Under the pieces are notes generated by a model that was not told the origin of the DNA, made no database searches, and worked only from the letters and a program-made list of their open reading frames with translations. The translations under genes and the position numbers were made by a program. This document shows, in pieces, positions 8,199 to 17,465 of a stretch of 55,237 nt of DNA (position 1 is the stretch's first letter; every line of letters starts with the position of its first letter). This DNA is from Patescibacteria group bacterium (lineage in GTDB: Bacteria; Patescibacteriota; Patescibacteriia; UBA10025; JAHIVO01), in the NCBI GenBank assembly GCA_022560375.1, contig JADFTK010000002.1, forward strand, positions 1-55,237. The letters run 5' to 3'.

Positions 8199-9302
8199 AT
8201 GTACGCTTTCAAAATTCTCACTATAGCAGCCATAAAAATGTTTGTGCGTAACAAGCAGTCGGCTTTCTTTTCTTTATTTATGCCTTTGATGATTATGTCG
8301 GTCTTTGCCTTTATTGGTTTCGACAGTGTCCCTACCACCAATATTGGCGTGGTTGCAGATAATCCTAATCCACCAACTGAACAATTTATAACCCAATTGG
8401 CCGCCATTGAAAATTTTGAGGTAGTTCGCGGTACGGCAGCAGATGAAAGGGCCGCTATCGACTCCGGTGATCGGGAGATCGTTTTGATAATACCGGATGA
8501 TTTGATTCCCGCTCCAGATCAAATAGCTCCAGTCGAGCCGCAAATCTTGCCAGTATTGACCAGTGTCCAGAAGCCCCAGCAAGTGCAAAATGGGTTGAGT
8601 GTTATTAATCAAATTTTAAATAAAACTAATTTGGCTATTGCACAAACTCCAGCCTTTTTTAAATTGGAGATTGAAGAGGTGAGCAGCAGTAATGCGAGAT
8701 ATATAGATTTTCTCTTGCCGGGAATCATCGCCATGGCCATCATGCAGATGTCAATTTTCTCAGTATCTTTTGTTTTCGCCGATTATAAAGAAAAAGGCAT
8801 CCTCAAACGTTTAATGGCCACCCCTATGCGGCCTTACCAATTCGTAGCCGCTAATATTATCACCAGGCTTTTGGTGGCCCTGGCCCAAACAGCCATTCTC
8901 ATGGCTATCGGGGTGTTTTTCATAAAAACGCAAATCATTGGCTCGTATCCTTTAATATTTTTGATCTCTACCTTAGGCGGTATCATGTTCTTGGGTCTGG
9001 GGTTTGTCATTTCCGGAATCGCTAAAACAGTAGAAACCGTTCCTGCCATTGCTAATGTGGTGGCTTTTCCTATGCTGTTTTTATCCGGCATTTTCTTCCC
9101 GATCGAGGCGATGCCTGATCTTTTACGTAATGTGGTACAGTTTTTGCCTTTGACCTATTTTGCTAATTCACTGCGAGAGGTAATGGGTGGCGGAGCTACT
9201 TTTGCGGATATTGCCACCAATATTTATTTTATGATAGGGTGGTCAGTGCTGTTGATTAGCTTGGCTACTTTCACTTTCCGATTCGAGGAAAAACGATTAT
9301 AA
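8199..9302 (+). CDS. ABC-2 type transporter permease
   Basis: N-terminal TM, large extracytoplasmic loop, then 5 C-terminal TM helices. Starts 4 nt after the ATPase gene. Confidence 0.85.
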   Translation: MYAFKILTIAAIKMFVRNKQSAFFSLFMPLMIMSVFAFIGFDSVPTTNIGVVADNPNPPTEQFITQLAAIENFEVVRGTAADERAAIDSGDREIVLIIPDDLIPAPDQIAPVEPQILPVLTSVQKPQQVQNGLSVINQILNKTNLAIAQTPAFFKLEIEEVSSSNARYIDFLLPGIIAMAIMQMSIFSVSFVFADYKEKGILKRLMATPMRPYQFVAANIITRLLVALAQTAILMAIGVFFIKTQIIGSYPLIFLISTLGGIMFLGLGFVISGIAKTVETVPAIANVVAFPMLFLSGIFFPIEAMPDLLRNVVQFLPLTYFANSLREVMGGGATFADIATNIYFMIGWSVLLISLATFTFRFEEKRL

Positions 9303-9321
9303 TTTAAAATTTAAAGTAAAT

Positions 9322-9356
9322 AAAAAAGGGTACCTGCCTAGCAAGTACCCTGTATT
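9322..9356. terminator. Hairpin terminator between convergent genes
   Basis: GGGTAC (9328-9333) pairs with GTACCC (9345-9350). The plus-strand A-run before the stem gives a T-tract for the minus-strand gene. Confidence 0.5.
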
Positions 9357-9363
9357 GTGTAGC

Positions 9364-9948
9364 TCACAGAGTCTGGCGAAAGTATTCGAGCGCCGTTTCC
9401 AGTGGAGCCATTTGATGATCTATGAAGTCATGCGGAAGATTATCAACATCAAAGAATTTACCAATTGGCGGTTCTCCGTCAATGGTACAATAGTAAACCA
9501 ACTCTACAATTTGACCACGCTTAGTTGGGATAAATAAAGTCCCCACAAAATTGTTTGAGGAGAAAAGTATGTTAATTTCCTCATCGGCAATTCTTTTTAG
9601 CGCATCTTCAAACCTTAAGTCAGTCTGTCGCATCACCGTACCCGGTATGTGCCATAATGATGGCCAGTCCGGATCGTTGGTATCGTGTTTTGTGAGCAGA
9701 ACCTCTATCCGCTCGCCGTTCAGCCGTAGGATTACAGCTTCAATTGCAGGGGTGACCATAGTCAGTGATAATGCATGAAATACCTCATAGCTCCAAGGCT
9801 GAGGCAGCCGCATCAGTAGACTGATCAGATCACGTTCATCCTGTTCCTCCATTTCGACAATAAAACCCCTGTAGAAAATAAGTGAACGATACTGGTTGAT
9901 ATTATTAAAAGGACAATGTAACGCTGTAGTATAGTCTGTAATTTTCAT
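9364..9948 (-). CDS. NUDIX-like hydrolase domain protein (degenerate Nudix box)
   Basis: WHIPGTVMRQTDLRFEDALKRIADEEINI approximates GX5EX7REUXEEXGU but has substitutions. Confidence 0.4.
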   Translation of the reverse strand: MKITDYTTALHCPFNNINQYRSLIFYRGFIVEMEEQDERDLISLLMRLPQPWSYEVFHALSLTMVTPAIEAVILRLNGERIEVLLTKHDTNDPDWPSLWHIPGTVMRQTDLRFEDALKRIADEEINILFSSNNFVGTLFIPTKRGQIVELVYYCTIDGEPPIGKFFDVDNLPHDFIDHQMAPLETALEYFRQTL

Positions 9949-10000
9949 TTGTCAAGGTTTTAGAGAGGTTAGCGGCTAATTATGCTATAATAATGAAACT

Positions 10001-10750
10001 ATGTTTGAAATTTGGGTTTATACATTAGCTAGCGTGATTGCCGTCAGTTTAATATCGCTAATTGGCTTACTGACAATTTCAGTGAGTATGGAGAGACTGC
10101 GTAAGTTCCTCATTTTTTTAGTCAGTTTTGCTGCTGGTTCTTTGCTGGGTGGCGCTTTGCTTCATTTATTGCCGGAGGCTGTAGAGCAGGTCGAAGAAAT
10201 TTTGAAGCCAATGTTCCTGATTCTGCTGGGAATTATTTTATTTTTTACTTTAGAGAAGATCCTTTTTTGGCGGCATTGTCATTTACCGACTACAGAAAAT
10301 CACCCTCATCCCGTAGCCATTAATAATATAATCGGTGACGGATTTCATAACCTAATCGACGGCATGATTATTGCCGGCAGTTATATGGTTAGTATTCCCT
10401 TGGGCCTAACCACTACTTTAGCCGTGCTGCTCCATGAGATTCCTCAGGAGATAGGAGATTTTGGCATTCTTATTCACGCCGGCTACTCTCGGAAAAAAGC
10501 GCTTTTTTTTAATTTTTTATCTGCTACCATAGCCATTATAGGAGCCGGGCTCACCCTAGCCATTGGTAGCTCTTTTATTGGTTTACAGGAGTATGTCATT
10601 CCCTTTACTATCGGCGGGTTTATCTATATAGCCACAGCTGATTTGATGCCAGAGCTAAAAGCAGAAACCCATACTGGCCGTTCGGTCCTTCAGTTGATGG
10701 CTTTTTTAGTTGGTATTGGTATGATGGCCTTACTTTTATTAATTGAGTAA
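10001..10750 (+). CDS. zupT: ZIP family divalent metal transporter
   Basis: HEIPQEIGDFGILIHAG motif and multi-TM architecture. Confidence 0.85.
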   Translation: MFEIWVYTLASVIAVSLISLIGLLTISVSMERLRKFLIFLVSFAAGSLLGGALLHLLPEAVEQVEEILKPMFLILLGIILFFTLEKILFWRHCHLPTTENHPHPVAINNIIGDGFHNLIDGMIIAGSYMVSIPLGLTTTLAVLLHEIPQEIGDFGILIHAGYSRKKALFFNFLSATIAIIGAGLTLAIGSSFIGLQEYVIPFTIGGFIYIATADLMPELKAETHTGRSVLQLMAFLVGIGMMALLLLIE

Positions 10751-10758
10751 TAAGAGTC

Positions 10759-11544
10759 ATGCCGATTAACGCCAAAGAATTACAAAAACTGGAGGAGCAC
10801 AAAAAAAGATTACAAAATACGAGCGACCCTGAAGCCATTAAAAAGCTGGAAGATAAATTTCACCAGAAGACCCCCGGGTTATATATAGGTGATTTTGTAT
10901 TTGGCGCTAATGATGGTCTGATTACAACTTTTGCTATTGTGGCTGGTTCTTGGGGGGCGGGTTTGCCCACCTCCATTATTTTGATATTAGGTTTTGCCAA
11001 TCTTTTAGCTGACGGTATATCGATGGGGTTGGGGAATTACCAGGGTAGCAAGTCAGAGCGTGATTTTGGAAGGAAACAGAAGGAAAAGGAGAAATGGGAA
11101 ATAAAAAATATTCCCCACGTAGAATCCAAGGAAATCAGAGATATTTTTCAAGGCTGGGGGTTTACGGGTGCTGATTTAGATCGGGCTGTGCAAATAGTAA
11201 CTAGTGATGAAAAAATCTGGCTGGATATCATGATGAAACATGAACTGGGAATTTTTTCCGAGTTCCAAAAGTCACCGACTAGCCATGGCTTAGTAACTTT
11301 CGGTTCATTCGTACTGGCTGGCATTGTACCCCTGCTGCCATTTTTATTTTTGGGCATTGGCTCCCAGGCCTTTATTTTATCCATCATTTTGACAGGGGTG
11401 ACTATGTTTACCATCGGCGCCTTGCGCTCGATATTATCGCCCAGCCGTTGGTTCAAATCTGGTTTGGAAGTGCTGCTGATTGGCTCTGTCGCTGCTTTTG
11501 CTGCTTATTTTGTTGGTGACATCATTGAAAAAATAATTAATTAA
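10759..11544 (+). CDS. VIT1/CCC1 family iron/manganese transporter
   Basis: GANDGLITTFAIVAG motif, central acidic loop, C-terminal TM helices. Confidence 0.8.
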   Translation: MPINAKELQKLEEHKKRLQNTSDPEAIKKLEDKFHQKTPGLYIGDFVFGANDGLITTFAIVAGSWGAGLPTSIILILGFANLLADGISMGLGNYQGSKSERDFGRKQKEKEKWEIKNIPHVESKEIRDIFQGWGFTGADLDRAVQIVTSDEKIWLDIMMKHELGIFSEFQKSPTSHGLVTFGSFVLAGIVPLLPFLFLGIGSQAFILSIILTGVTMFTIGALRSILSPSRWFKSGLEVLLIGSVAAFAAYFVGDIIEKIIN

Positions 11545-11548
11545 TAGC

Positions 11549-11576
11549 TTGACATTCCGGCAGGCTAGTGTAAAAT
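11549..11576 (+). promoter_or_regulatory. Sigma70-like promoter (TTGACA-N16-TAAAAT)
   Basis: TTGACA at 11549-11554 and TAAAAT at 11571-11576. Confidence 0.45.
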
Positions 11577-11607
11577 TTTATTGTCAGTAATATATTAAAA
11601 TATAATA

Positions 11608-11853
11608 ATGGTCAAGAAGAAAGTCAGTAAGACATCTACTAAAACCAAAGTGAAACAGCAAAAAATCACTAAAGATATTTTGATGGGCGAGTTAGTCAAT
11701 GAATACCCCAAGTCCATGGATATTTTGATGAAGTATGGATTCCACTGCGTTGGCTGTGCTATGTCACCTTATGAGCCGCTAGAATCAGGAGCGGTAGTAC
11801 ACGGCATTCCCCTGGAACCATTACTGAAAGAGTTAAACGAATTGGCGGATTAG
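11608..11853 (+). CDS. DUF1858 / hybrid-cluster-protein-associated redox disulfide domain protein
   Basis: ITKDILMGELVNEYPKSMDILMKYGFHCVGCAMSPYEPLESGAVVHGI carries the characteristic CxxC. Confidence 0.7.
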   Translation: MVKKKVSKTSTKTKVKQQKITKDILMGELVNEYPKSMDILMKYGFHCVGCAMSPYEPLESGAVVHGIPLEPLLKELNELAD

Positions 11854-11874
11854 CATCACTTGGCTGGCTGGCTG

Positions 11875-11907
11875 AAAACTCCCCACTAATATTAGGGAGT
11901 TTTTTTG
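11875..11907 (+). terminator. Rho-independent terminator
   Basis: AAAACTCCC pairs with GGGAGTTTT, followed by a T-run. Confidence 0.7.
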
Positions 11908-11984
11908 AATTTGGATAATTTATTTTTTCTCGAAAATATAGTATAATTCAACAGAGATACTTATATATCTTGAGGATATTTTAT

Positions 11985-12908
11985 ATGCCAATTAAGTCAC
12001 TGAAAATTCATCGACTGAAATGGATTAACATAAGCTCATTGTCCGGGGAGGATGTTAAATACCTAGAAAAGAATTTTAGATTTCACCCACTTGACCTCAA
12101 GGATTGTCTCGAGGGAGTGCAACAGCCAAAGCTGGACATCTATCGGGATTATCTTTTTATAATATTCCATTTTCCAATTTTTGATCCTGAGAAGCAGCGG
12201 ATTAGTATCCAGTCTCTCAATGTTTTTTTGGGCACCAATTATCTTATAACGATTACCAGAGACTCTGATGAGTTGCTGGGAGATATTTTTAGTAAAATGC
12301 GTAAGACCGCCAAGCGAGTTGTCCGGTATGACCAGCTGAAAAACAATTCTGGCTATCTCCTGTATAAGATTATTGATAGTCGCTATCACAAGAGTCTGCC
12401 GATCATAAATGAAATGGGCCGTTATTTGGATGAAGTAGAGGAGGAAGTATATTCCAATAAAAATAAAGAGGTCACATTAAATTTAGCTGTTATCCGGCGT
12501 AATATATTTAATTTACGCCGTATTTTGGAACCCCAGCTAAAAATGGTAGAAAAACTGGTTAATATCAAAAATCCAGCTATTGCGGACAAATTACCTGTCT
12601 ATTTCGATGACGTACATGACTATCTGGTGAATATGTGGTCAGCTTTAGAAAATTATCGAGATACCATCGATAGTCTCTATAATACCAATGAATCTTTTAT
12701 TAATCAGAAGACCAATGAGGTCATCAAGATGCTGACCATTATTTCAGTTGCCTTATTGCCAATGACCTTGATTGCCAGTATCTACGGGATGAATGTGGAG
12801 GGCTTACCTTTTGCCGAGCATCCCATAGGCTTGTGGCTTATTTTCTTGTTAATGGCCGGTATTGTTTTTGGTAGTATATATTTTGCAAAGAAAAATGATA
12901 TTATATAA
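11985..12908 (+). CDS. corA: CorA family magnesium/cobalt transporter
   Basis: YGMNVEGLPF (GMN motif) followed by two C-terminal TM helices. GAGGA sits 8 nt before ATG 11985; the track start at 11970 is TTG. Confidence 0.85.
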   Translation: MPIKSLKIHRLKWINISSLSGEDVKYLEKNFRFHPLDLKDCLEGVQQPKLDIYRDYLFIIFHFPIFDPEKQRISIQSLNVFLGTNYLITITRDSDELLGDIFSKMRKTAKRVVRYDQLKNNSGYLLYKIIDSRYHKSLPIINEMGRYLDEVEEEVYSNKNKEVTLNLAVIRRNIFNLRRILEPQLKMVEKLVNIKNPAIADKLPVYFDDVHDYLVNMWSALENYRDTIDSLYNTNESFINQKTNEVIKMLTIISVALLPMTLIASIYGMNVEGLPFAEHPIGLWLIFLLMAGIVFGSIYFAKKNDII

Positions 12909-12913
12909 ATAGT

Positions 12914-14443
12914 ATGCCGTTTGTACTTCGGGCAAAAAAATTGGATTTCTCCTCGGGGGGACAACCCTGGGTGGTAGTGCTTCAGGAAAAAGAAGCTCGC
13001 ACCCTGGGTGTTGTTTTGGGTGACCGGATAGAGGTTCGGTGGGGGCGACAGCGCGCTATTGTGGTGGCTTATCATACCCGGAAAAAAGTTCATAAAGGGG
13101 AAATTGGATTTTTCCGGGAAATTTGGCGTTACCGAAAAATAATAAATGATGAACCAATCACTATTAAAGTATTGTCGCGTCCGCCATCCATTGAAGCTAT
13201 CATAAAAAAATTGAAAGGGGAGGCTTTGTCCTATGAGGAGATGCACTCTATTATCAGCGATATTGTCCATCACAAATTAAGTAAAGTGGAAATCACTTAT
13301 TTTGTAGCCTCCAGTTTTCTAAAAGAGTTTTCTAATCAGGAGCTGTATTACATGACTAAGGCCATGGCCGTAACTGGAGAGATGCTAAAACCTACCAGAA
13401 AAGTTGTAGCCGATAAACATTCTATCGGTGGTGTGGCTGGCAATCGAACAACTATGGTGGTTGTTCCTATTGTTGCTTCCTGCGGCATATTTATTCCCAA
13501 AACGTCTTCACGCGCTATTACCTCTTCGGCCGGTACCGCCGATACTATGGAAGTTTTGGCGTCAGTTAAATTCAACATGAAGCAGATTATCAAAATGACC
13601 AAAAAAATTGGCGCCTGTATAATATGGGGAGGCAGTTTTCGGTTAGCCCCGGCGGACGATTATATTATAAGAGTTTCTCATCCCCTGGCCATAGAGCCAC
13701 TGGATAAGATGGTAGTCAGCATCATGGCTAAGAAAGTAGCCATGGGCATAACCCATCTGATAGTTGATTTGCCGTATGGCCCGACAGTGAAAATAAATGA
13801 TCGCCCGACCGCTATCAAAGTAAAGAATAAATTTTTATATTTGGCTAATAGATTTGGTATTAAAATAAAAGTTGTAATCAGTGAAGTTCATGAGCCTATC
13901 GGCCGAGGCATTGGGCCCTCTCTAGAGGCCAGAGATGTTTTACGCGTCCTACAGCAAAAAGATTATCGTCCGGCTGATTTAGAAATAAAATCTGTCAAAT
14001 TAGCCGGCAGCTTGCTGGAATTAACCGGTAAAGCGCCAGCTGGTAAAGGCCACATGTTGGCTGCCGAGGCCTTGGCCTCTGGCCGCGCCTGGAGCAAAAT
14101 GCGGGAAATCATTGGTGCTCAGGGTGGGAAGGTAAATATTGATTCCGAGGATTTAACCTTAGCCGCCGCCAGACATAGATTTTATGCCTCCTTCAGCGGA
14201 AAAATAACGGCTATTGATGATAAAATGGTAGATCAGGTCGCCCGTATTTTAGGAGCTCCTCACGATAAACTGGCCGGTATATATATTAATAAGCGCTTGG
14301 GACAGAAAGTCAGGCGTGAGGAAAGATTATATACGCTATATGCTCAAAATGCCGACCGCATAGAATTAGCTCTGGAGGCTTTGAAACAAAATCGTATATT
14401 TACCATAGACCGGATGAATGTCTATGAAGGCCTAAAGGGGTAG
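12914..14443 (+). CDS. AMP phosphorylase (archaeal-type thymidine phosphorylase family, N-terminal extension)
   Basis: 509 aa. DKHSIGGVAGNRTT and TSSRAITSSAGTADTMEVL are thymidine-phosphorylase-family motifs. The roughly 85-aa N-terminal extra domain is typical of AMP phosphorylase. Confidence 0.75.
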   Translation: MPFVLRAKKLDFSSGGQPWVVVLQEKEARTLGVVLGDRIEVRWGRQRAIVVAYHTRKKVHKGEIGFFREIWRYRKIINDEPITIKVLSRPPSIEAIIKKLKGEALSYEEMHSIISDIVHHKLSKVEITYFVASSFLKEFSNQELYYMTKAMAVTGEMLKPTRKVVADKHSIGGVAGNRTTMVVVPIVASCGIFIPKTSSRAITSSAGTADTMEVLASVKFNMKQIIKMTKKIGACIIWGGSFRLAPADDYIIRVSHPLAIEPLDKMVVSIMAKKVAMGITHLIVDLPYGPTVKINDRPTAIKVKNKFLYLANRFGIKIKVVISEVHEPIGRGIGPSLEARDVLRVLQQKDYRPADLEIKSVKLAGSLLELTGKAPAGKGHMLAAEALASGRAWSKMREIIGAQGGKVNIDSEDLTLAAARHRFYASFSGKITAIDDKMVDQVARILGAPHDKLAGIYINKRLGQKVRREERLYTLYAQNADRIELALEALKQNRIFTIDRMNVYEGLKG

Positions 14444-14486
14444 CCTTATTATTCAATATCAACCCAGATATAATACGTTTTCGCCT

Positions 14487-14515
14487 TTGACTTATGGCGC
14501 CAAGCGTGTTATTAT
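14487..14515 (+). promoter_or_regulatory. Sigma70-like promoter (TTGACT-N17-TATTAT)
   Basis: TTGACT at 14487-14492 and TATTAT at 14510-14515. Confidence 0.4.
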
Positions 14516-14551
14516 CTTGTTGCAAATCATTACTATTAATATTAAGATAAT
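14511..14551. promoter_or_regulatory. AT-rich inverted repeat, Fur-box-like, overlapping the -10 and the start codon
   Basis: ATTATCTT (14511-14518) pairs with AAGATAAT (14544-14551). They enclose AATCATTACTATTAAT. Confidence 0.3.
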
Positions 14552-15116
14552 GGGCAATAAGATCGGTCAGAAGAGCGTTGTCATCCAGCGACGTCTCACC
14601 AATCAACGCACTGTTATTTTGGATTATGTGCGCCAGCAGGATGGCCACTTAAGTGCTGAAAACGTTTATAAGGCAGTAAAAAAGATATTGCCTCAAATTA
14701 GTTTTGCCACTGTATATCGCAACCTTAATTTTTTGAGAGACAGCGGACGGATTAGAGAGATGGTAGTGGACAAAATTAGCCGGTTCGAAGATAGAGTTGA
14801 CGCCCATGCCCATTTAGTTTGTGAGAGTTGCCAGGAAATTTTTGAAATTGATGATGACGCCCTTTTTCTAAAAGCCAGACGATTAGCCAAAGTCAGTGGT
14901 TTTGCTGTCCATTACGAAAATTTTGAGATTAGGGGACTATGTCGCGACTGCCAAAGTAAAGATTCTACAACATCTGTCCATCTCTCCAAGCATTGCCCGG
15001 CCTGCGGTAAATTGCGTCGGGAAATAGACAAGGGCTTTTCTGCATGTGATGATTGTCGGGTAAAAATAAATTGCCGATATTATGTACCAACCCCAGAGAG
15101 AAATCTCACGGCGTAA
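14550..15116 (+). CDS. fur: Fur/PerR family transcriptional regulator with extra C-terminal Cys-rich extension
   Basis: TNQRTVILDYV...ATVYRNLNFLRDSGRI winged helix. HAHLVCESC...GLCRDC metal sites. An additional HCPACG...CDDC tail. Start taken at the internal Met (14550). Confidence 0.8.
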   Translation: MGNKIGQKSVVIQRRLTNQRTVILDYVRQQDGHLSAENVYKAVKKILPQISFATVYRNLNFLRDSGRIREMVVDKISRFEDRVDAHAHLVCESCQEIFEIDDDALFLKARRLAKVSGFAVHYENFEIRGLCRDCQSKDSTTSVHLSKHCPACGKLRREIDKGFSACDDCRVKINCRYYVPTPERNLTA

Positions 15117-15273
15117 TTTTCGTAGCCAAGATGTTGTTGAGCATGCCTTGTTATTAGACGATGAAGAAGGACAGCAACTGTGCCCGAAGTGCAATGGAGT
15201 CATGCCATCCCTGCAGGGCAGCACTTCTTCAATTTGTCTCCAGTGTGGCTACAAAGAAAGTTGTTGCTATTAG
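15082..15273 (+). CDS. Small zinc-ribbon ORF overlapping the fur 3' end
   Basis: LCPKCNG...ICLQCGY gives two CxxC pairs. Overlaps the fur reading frame by 35 nt in another frame. No obvious SD. Confidence 0.35.
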   Translation: MYQPQREISRRNFRSQDVVEHALLLDDEEGQQLCPKCNGVMPSLQGSTSSICLQCGYKESCCY

Positions 15274-15300
15274 CTATATCATTACCATAAAATTTATAAC

Positions 15301-16050
15301 GTGCCATTACTGCAGATAAAAAATCTAAAGGTTAAAGTTAAAGTTCAGGAAAAAGAAATACTAAAAGGGGTTAATTTAAAAATCAGGCCGGGAGAAATCC
15401 ATGCTCTCATGGGGCCCAATGGTTCTGGCAAATCTACTCTAGCTTCTGTTATAGCCGGACACCCGCAATATTCTATAACTAGCGGATCAATATCATTCGA
15501 CGGGAAGCGGTTAAAAAAGATGTTGCCTAATAAAAGAGCTGAGCTAGGAATTTTTCTTTCATTTCAATATCCGGTAGAAGTGGCCGGCTTATCAATCGAA
15601 CATTTTTTACGGACTGCCTATAATACAACTCATCCCCAGCAGCAGCTATCCGCTTTGGATTTCAATAAGCGATTTAAAGAAAAGTTAAAATTGCTTCGCA
15701 TGCCACCGGAATTTTCTGAACGCTCTTTAAACGAGGGATTTTCTGGTGGGGAGAAGAAAAAATCTGAAATTTTACAAATGGCTATATTAGAACCAAGTTT
15801 GGCAATTTTGGATGAAACTGACTCGGGATTGGATATAGATGCTCTAAAAATTGTAGCCAAGGGGATAAATCGTTTAGCCAACCCCCATCTTGGGATCCTC
15901 ATTATTACCCACTACATCAGAATATTAAAGTATATTAAACCTGATTTTGTCCATATCATGATTGATGGCAAAATTATAAAATCAGGCACTAAGCAACTAG
16001 CCAGTACCATAGAAAAAAAGGGATACGACTGGCTGATAAAGAAAAAATAA
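15301..16050 (+). CDS. sufC: Fe-S cluster assembly ATPase SufC
   Basis: [17 protein letters not shown] and [10 protein letters not shown] motifs. GTG start. Confidence 0.9.
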   Translation: MPLLQIKNLKVKVKVQEKEILKGVNLKIRPGEIHALMGPNGSGKSTLASVIAGHPQYSITSGSISFDGKRLKKMLPNKRAELGIFLSFQYPVEVAGLSIEHFLRTAYNTTHPQQQLSALDFNKRFKEKLKLLRMPPEFSERSLNEGFSGGEKKKSEILQMAILEPSLAILDETDSGLDIDALKIVAKGINRLANPHLGILIITHYIRILKYIKPDFVHIMIDGKIIKSGTKQLASTIEKKGYDWLIKKK

Positions 16051-16052
16051 TT

Positions 16053-17465
16053 ATGTCTGACGCTGCTAAATTAAAACAATATAGAAACGATGCTAAGCTA
16101 GCCAAGGAACGGCCGGATAATGTCAAATATCTTCATAACTCAGGCAAGGGCCTATCCGAGAGAGTGGTAAAAGAAATTTCCTACATGAAGAACGAGCCAG
16201 ACTGGATGCTTCAGATTAGATTAAGGGCGTACCAAACGTTTCTAAAAAAACCTACTCCCCGGTGGGGTGGTGATCTGTCAGGTATTGATTATAATGACCT
16301 GTATTACTACATGAAGCCCACTGATAAAGTGGCCAATGACTGGAAAGATGTGCCAAAAGAGATTCGTAATACCTATAATAAATTAGGAATTCCTCAAGCA
16401 GAACAAAAATATCTTACCGGTGTCATGGCCCAGTACGAATCTGAGGCAGTCTACCACAGTCTGGAAGAAAAAATGGAAAAAATCGGGGTGATATTTACTG
16501 ACATGGATACAGCCTTAAAAAAGTATCCTGATTTAGTGAAAAAATATTTTTCTACCGTGGTGCCAGCTGGGGATAATAAATTTTCTGCTTTAAATACTGC
16601 CGTTTGGAGCGGGGGAAGCTTTGTTTATATACCTGAAGGAGTAAGAGTTGATTTCCCATTGCAGGCTTATTTCCGCATTAATGCGGAAAAGGCCGGGCAG
16701 TTTGAGAGAACGCTTATCATTGCTGAGCCAGGTAGTTTTGTTCATTACGTTGAGGGGTGTACCGCTCCCCAATATGCCAGCGCATCACTGCATTGTGCTG
16801 TGGTGGAGATCCTAGTCAAGCCAAGCGCTAGAGTCCGATATACGACTGTGCAAAATTGGTCTAAGAATGTTTACAATCTCGTTACCAAGAGAACATTTGT
16901 CTACGAAGAAGGAACTATGGAGTGGGTTGATGGCAACTTAGGCAGTAAACTTACCATGAAATATCCATCAGTCTTCTTGCTTGGCCGAAAAGCCAAGGGA
17001 GATATATTGTCAGTGGCTTTTGCCGGTAAAGGGCAGCATCAGGACGCTGGAGGCAAAGCTATCCACGGTGCCCCAGAAACTTCCTCTACAATAATATCGA
17101 AGTCTGTTTCTCGTGATGGCGGTCGTACTACGTATCGAGGCATGGTCAAAGTACCTAAGGGAATTCATGACGTTAAATCTAATGTAGTGTGTGATGCTCT
17201 AATACTGGATGAGCACTCACGTTCCGATACTTATCCTATTATGGACATACGCGAGAGTAGAGTAAACATTGGCCACGAAGCCTCAGTCGGGAAAGTTGGC
17301 GAAGAGCAGCTTTTTTATCTTATGAGCCGTGGTTTATCTGAGTCAGAGGCCATGAGTATGATTGTCTCTGGATTTATTGAACCTATTGCTAAGGAATTAC
17401 CAGTGGAATATGCGGTAGAGCTAAATCGGCTAATTCAACTAAGTATGGAAGGAAGCGTAGGTTAA
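16053..17465 (+). CDS. sufB: Fe-S cluster assembly protein SufB
   Basis: 470 aa. [11 protein letters not shown]...GHEASVGKV...FYLMSRGL motifs. Confidence 0.9.
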   Translation: MSDAAKLKQYRNDAKLAKERPDNVKYLHNSGKGLSERVVKEISYMKNEPDWMLQIRLRAYQTFLKKPTPRWGGDLSGIDYNDLYYYMKPTDKVANDWKDVPKEIRNTYNKLGIPQAEQKYLTGVMAQYESEAVYHSLEEKMEKIGVIFTDMDTALKKYPDLVKKYFSTVVPAGDNKFSALNTAVWSGGSFVYIPEGVRVDFPLQAYFRINAEKAGQFERTLIIAEPGSFVHYVEGCTAPQYASASLHCAVVEILVKPSARVRYTTVQNWSKNVYNLVTKRTFVYEEGTMEWVDGNLGSKLTMKYPSVFLLGRKAKGDILSVAFAGKGQHQDAGGKAIHGAPETSSTIISKSVSRDGGRTTYRGMVKVPKGIHDVKSNVVCDALILDEHSRSDTYPIMDIRESRVNIGHEASVGKVGEEQLFYLMSRGLSESEAMSMIVSGFIEPIAKELPVEYAVELNRLIQLSMEGSVG

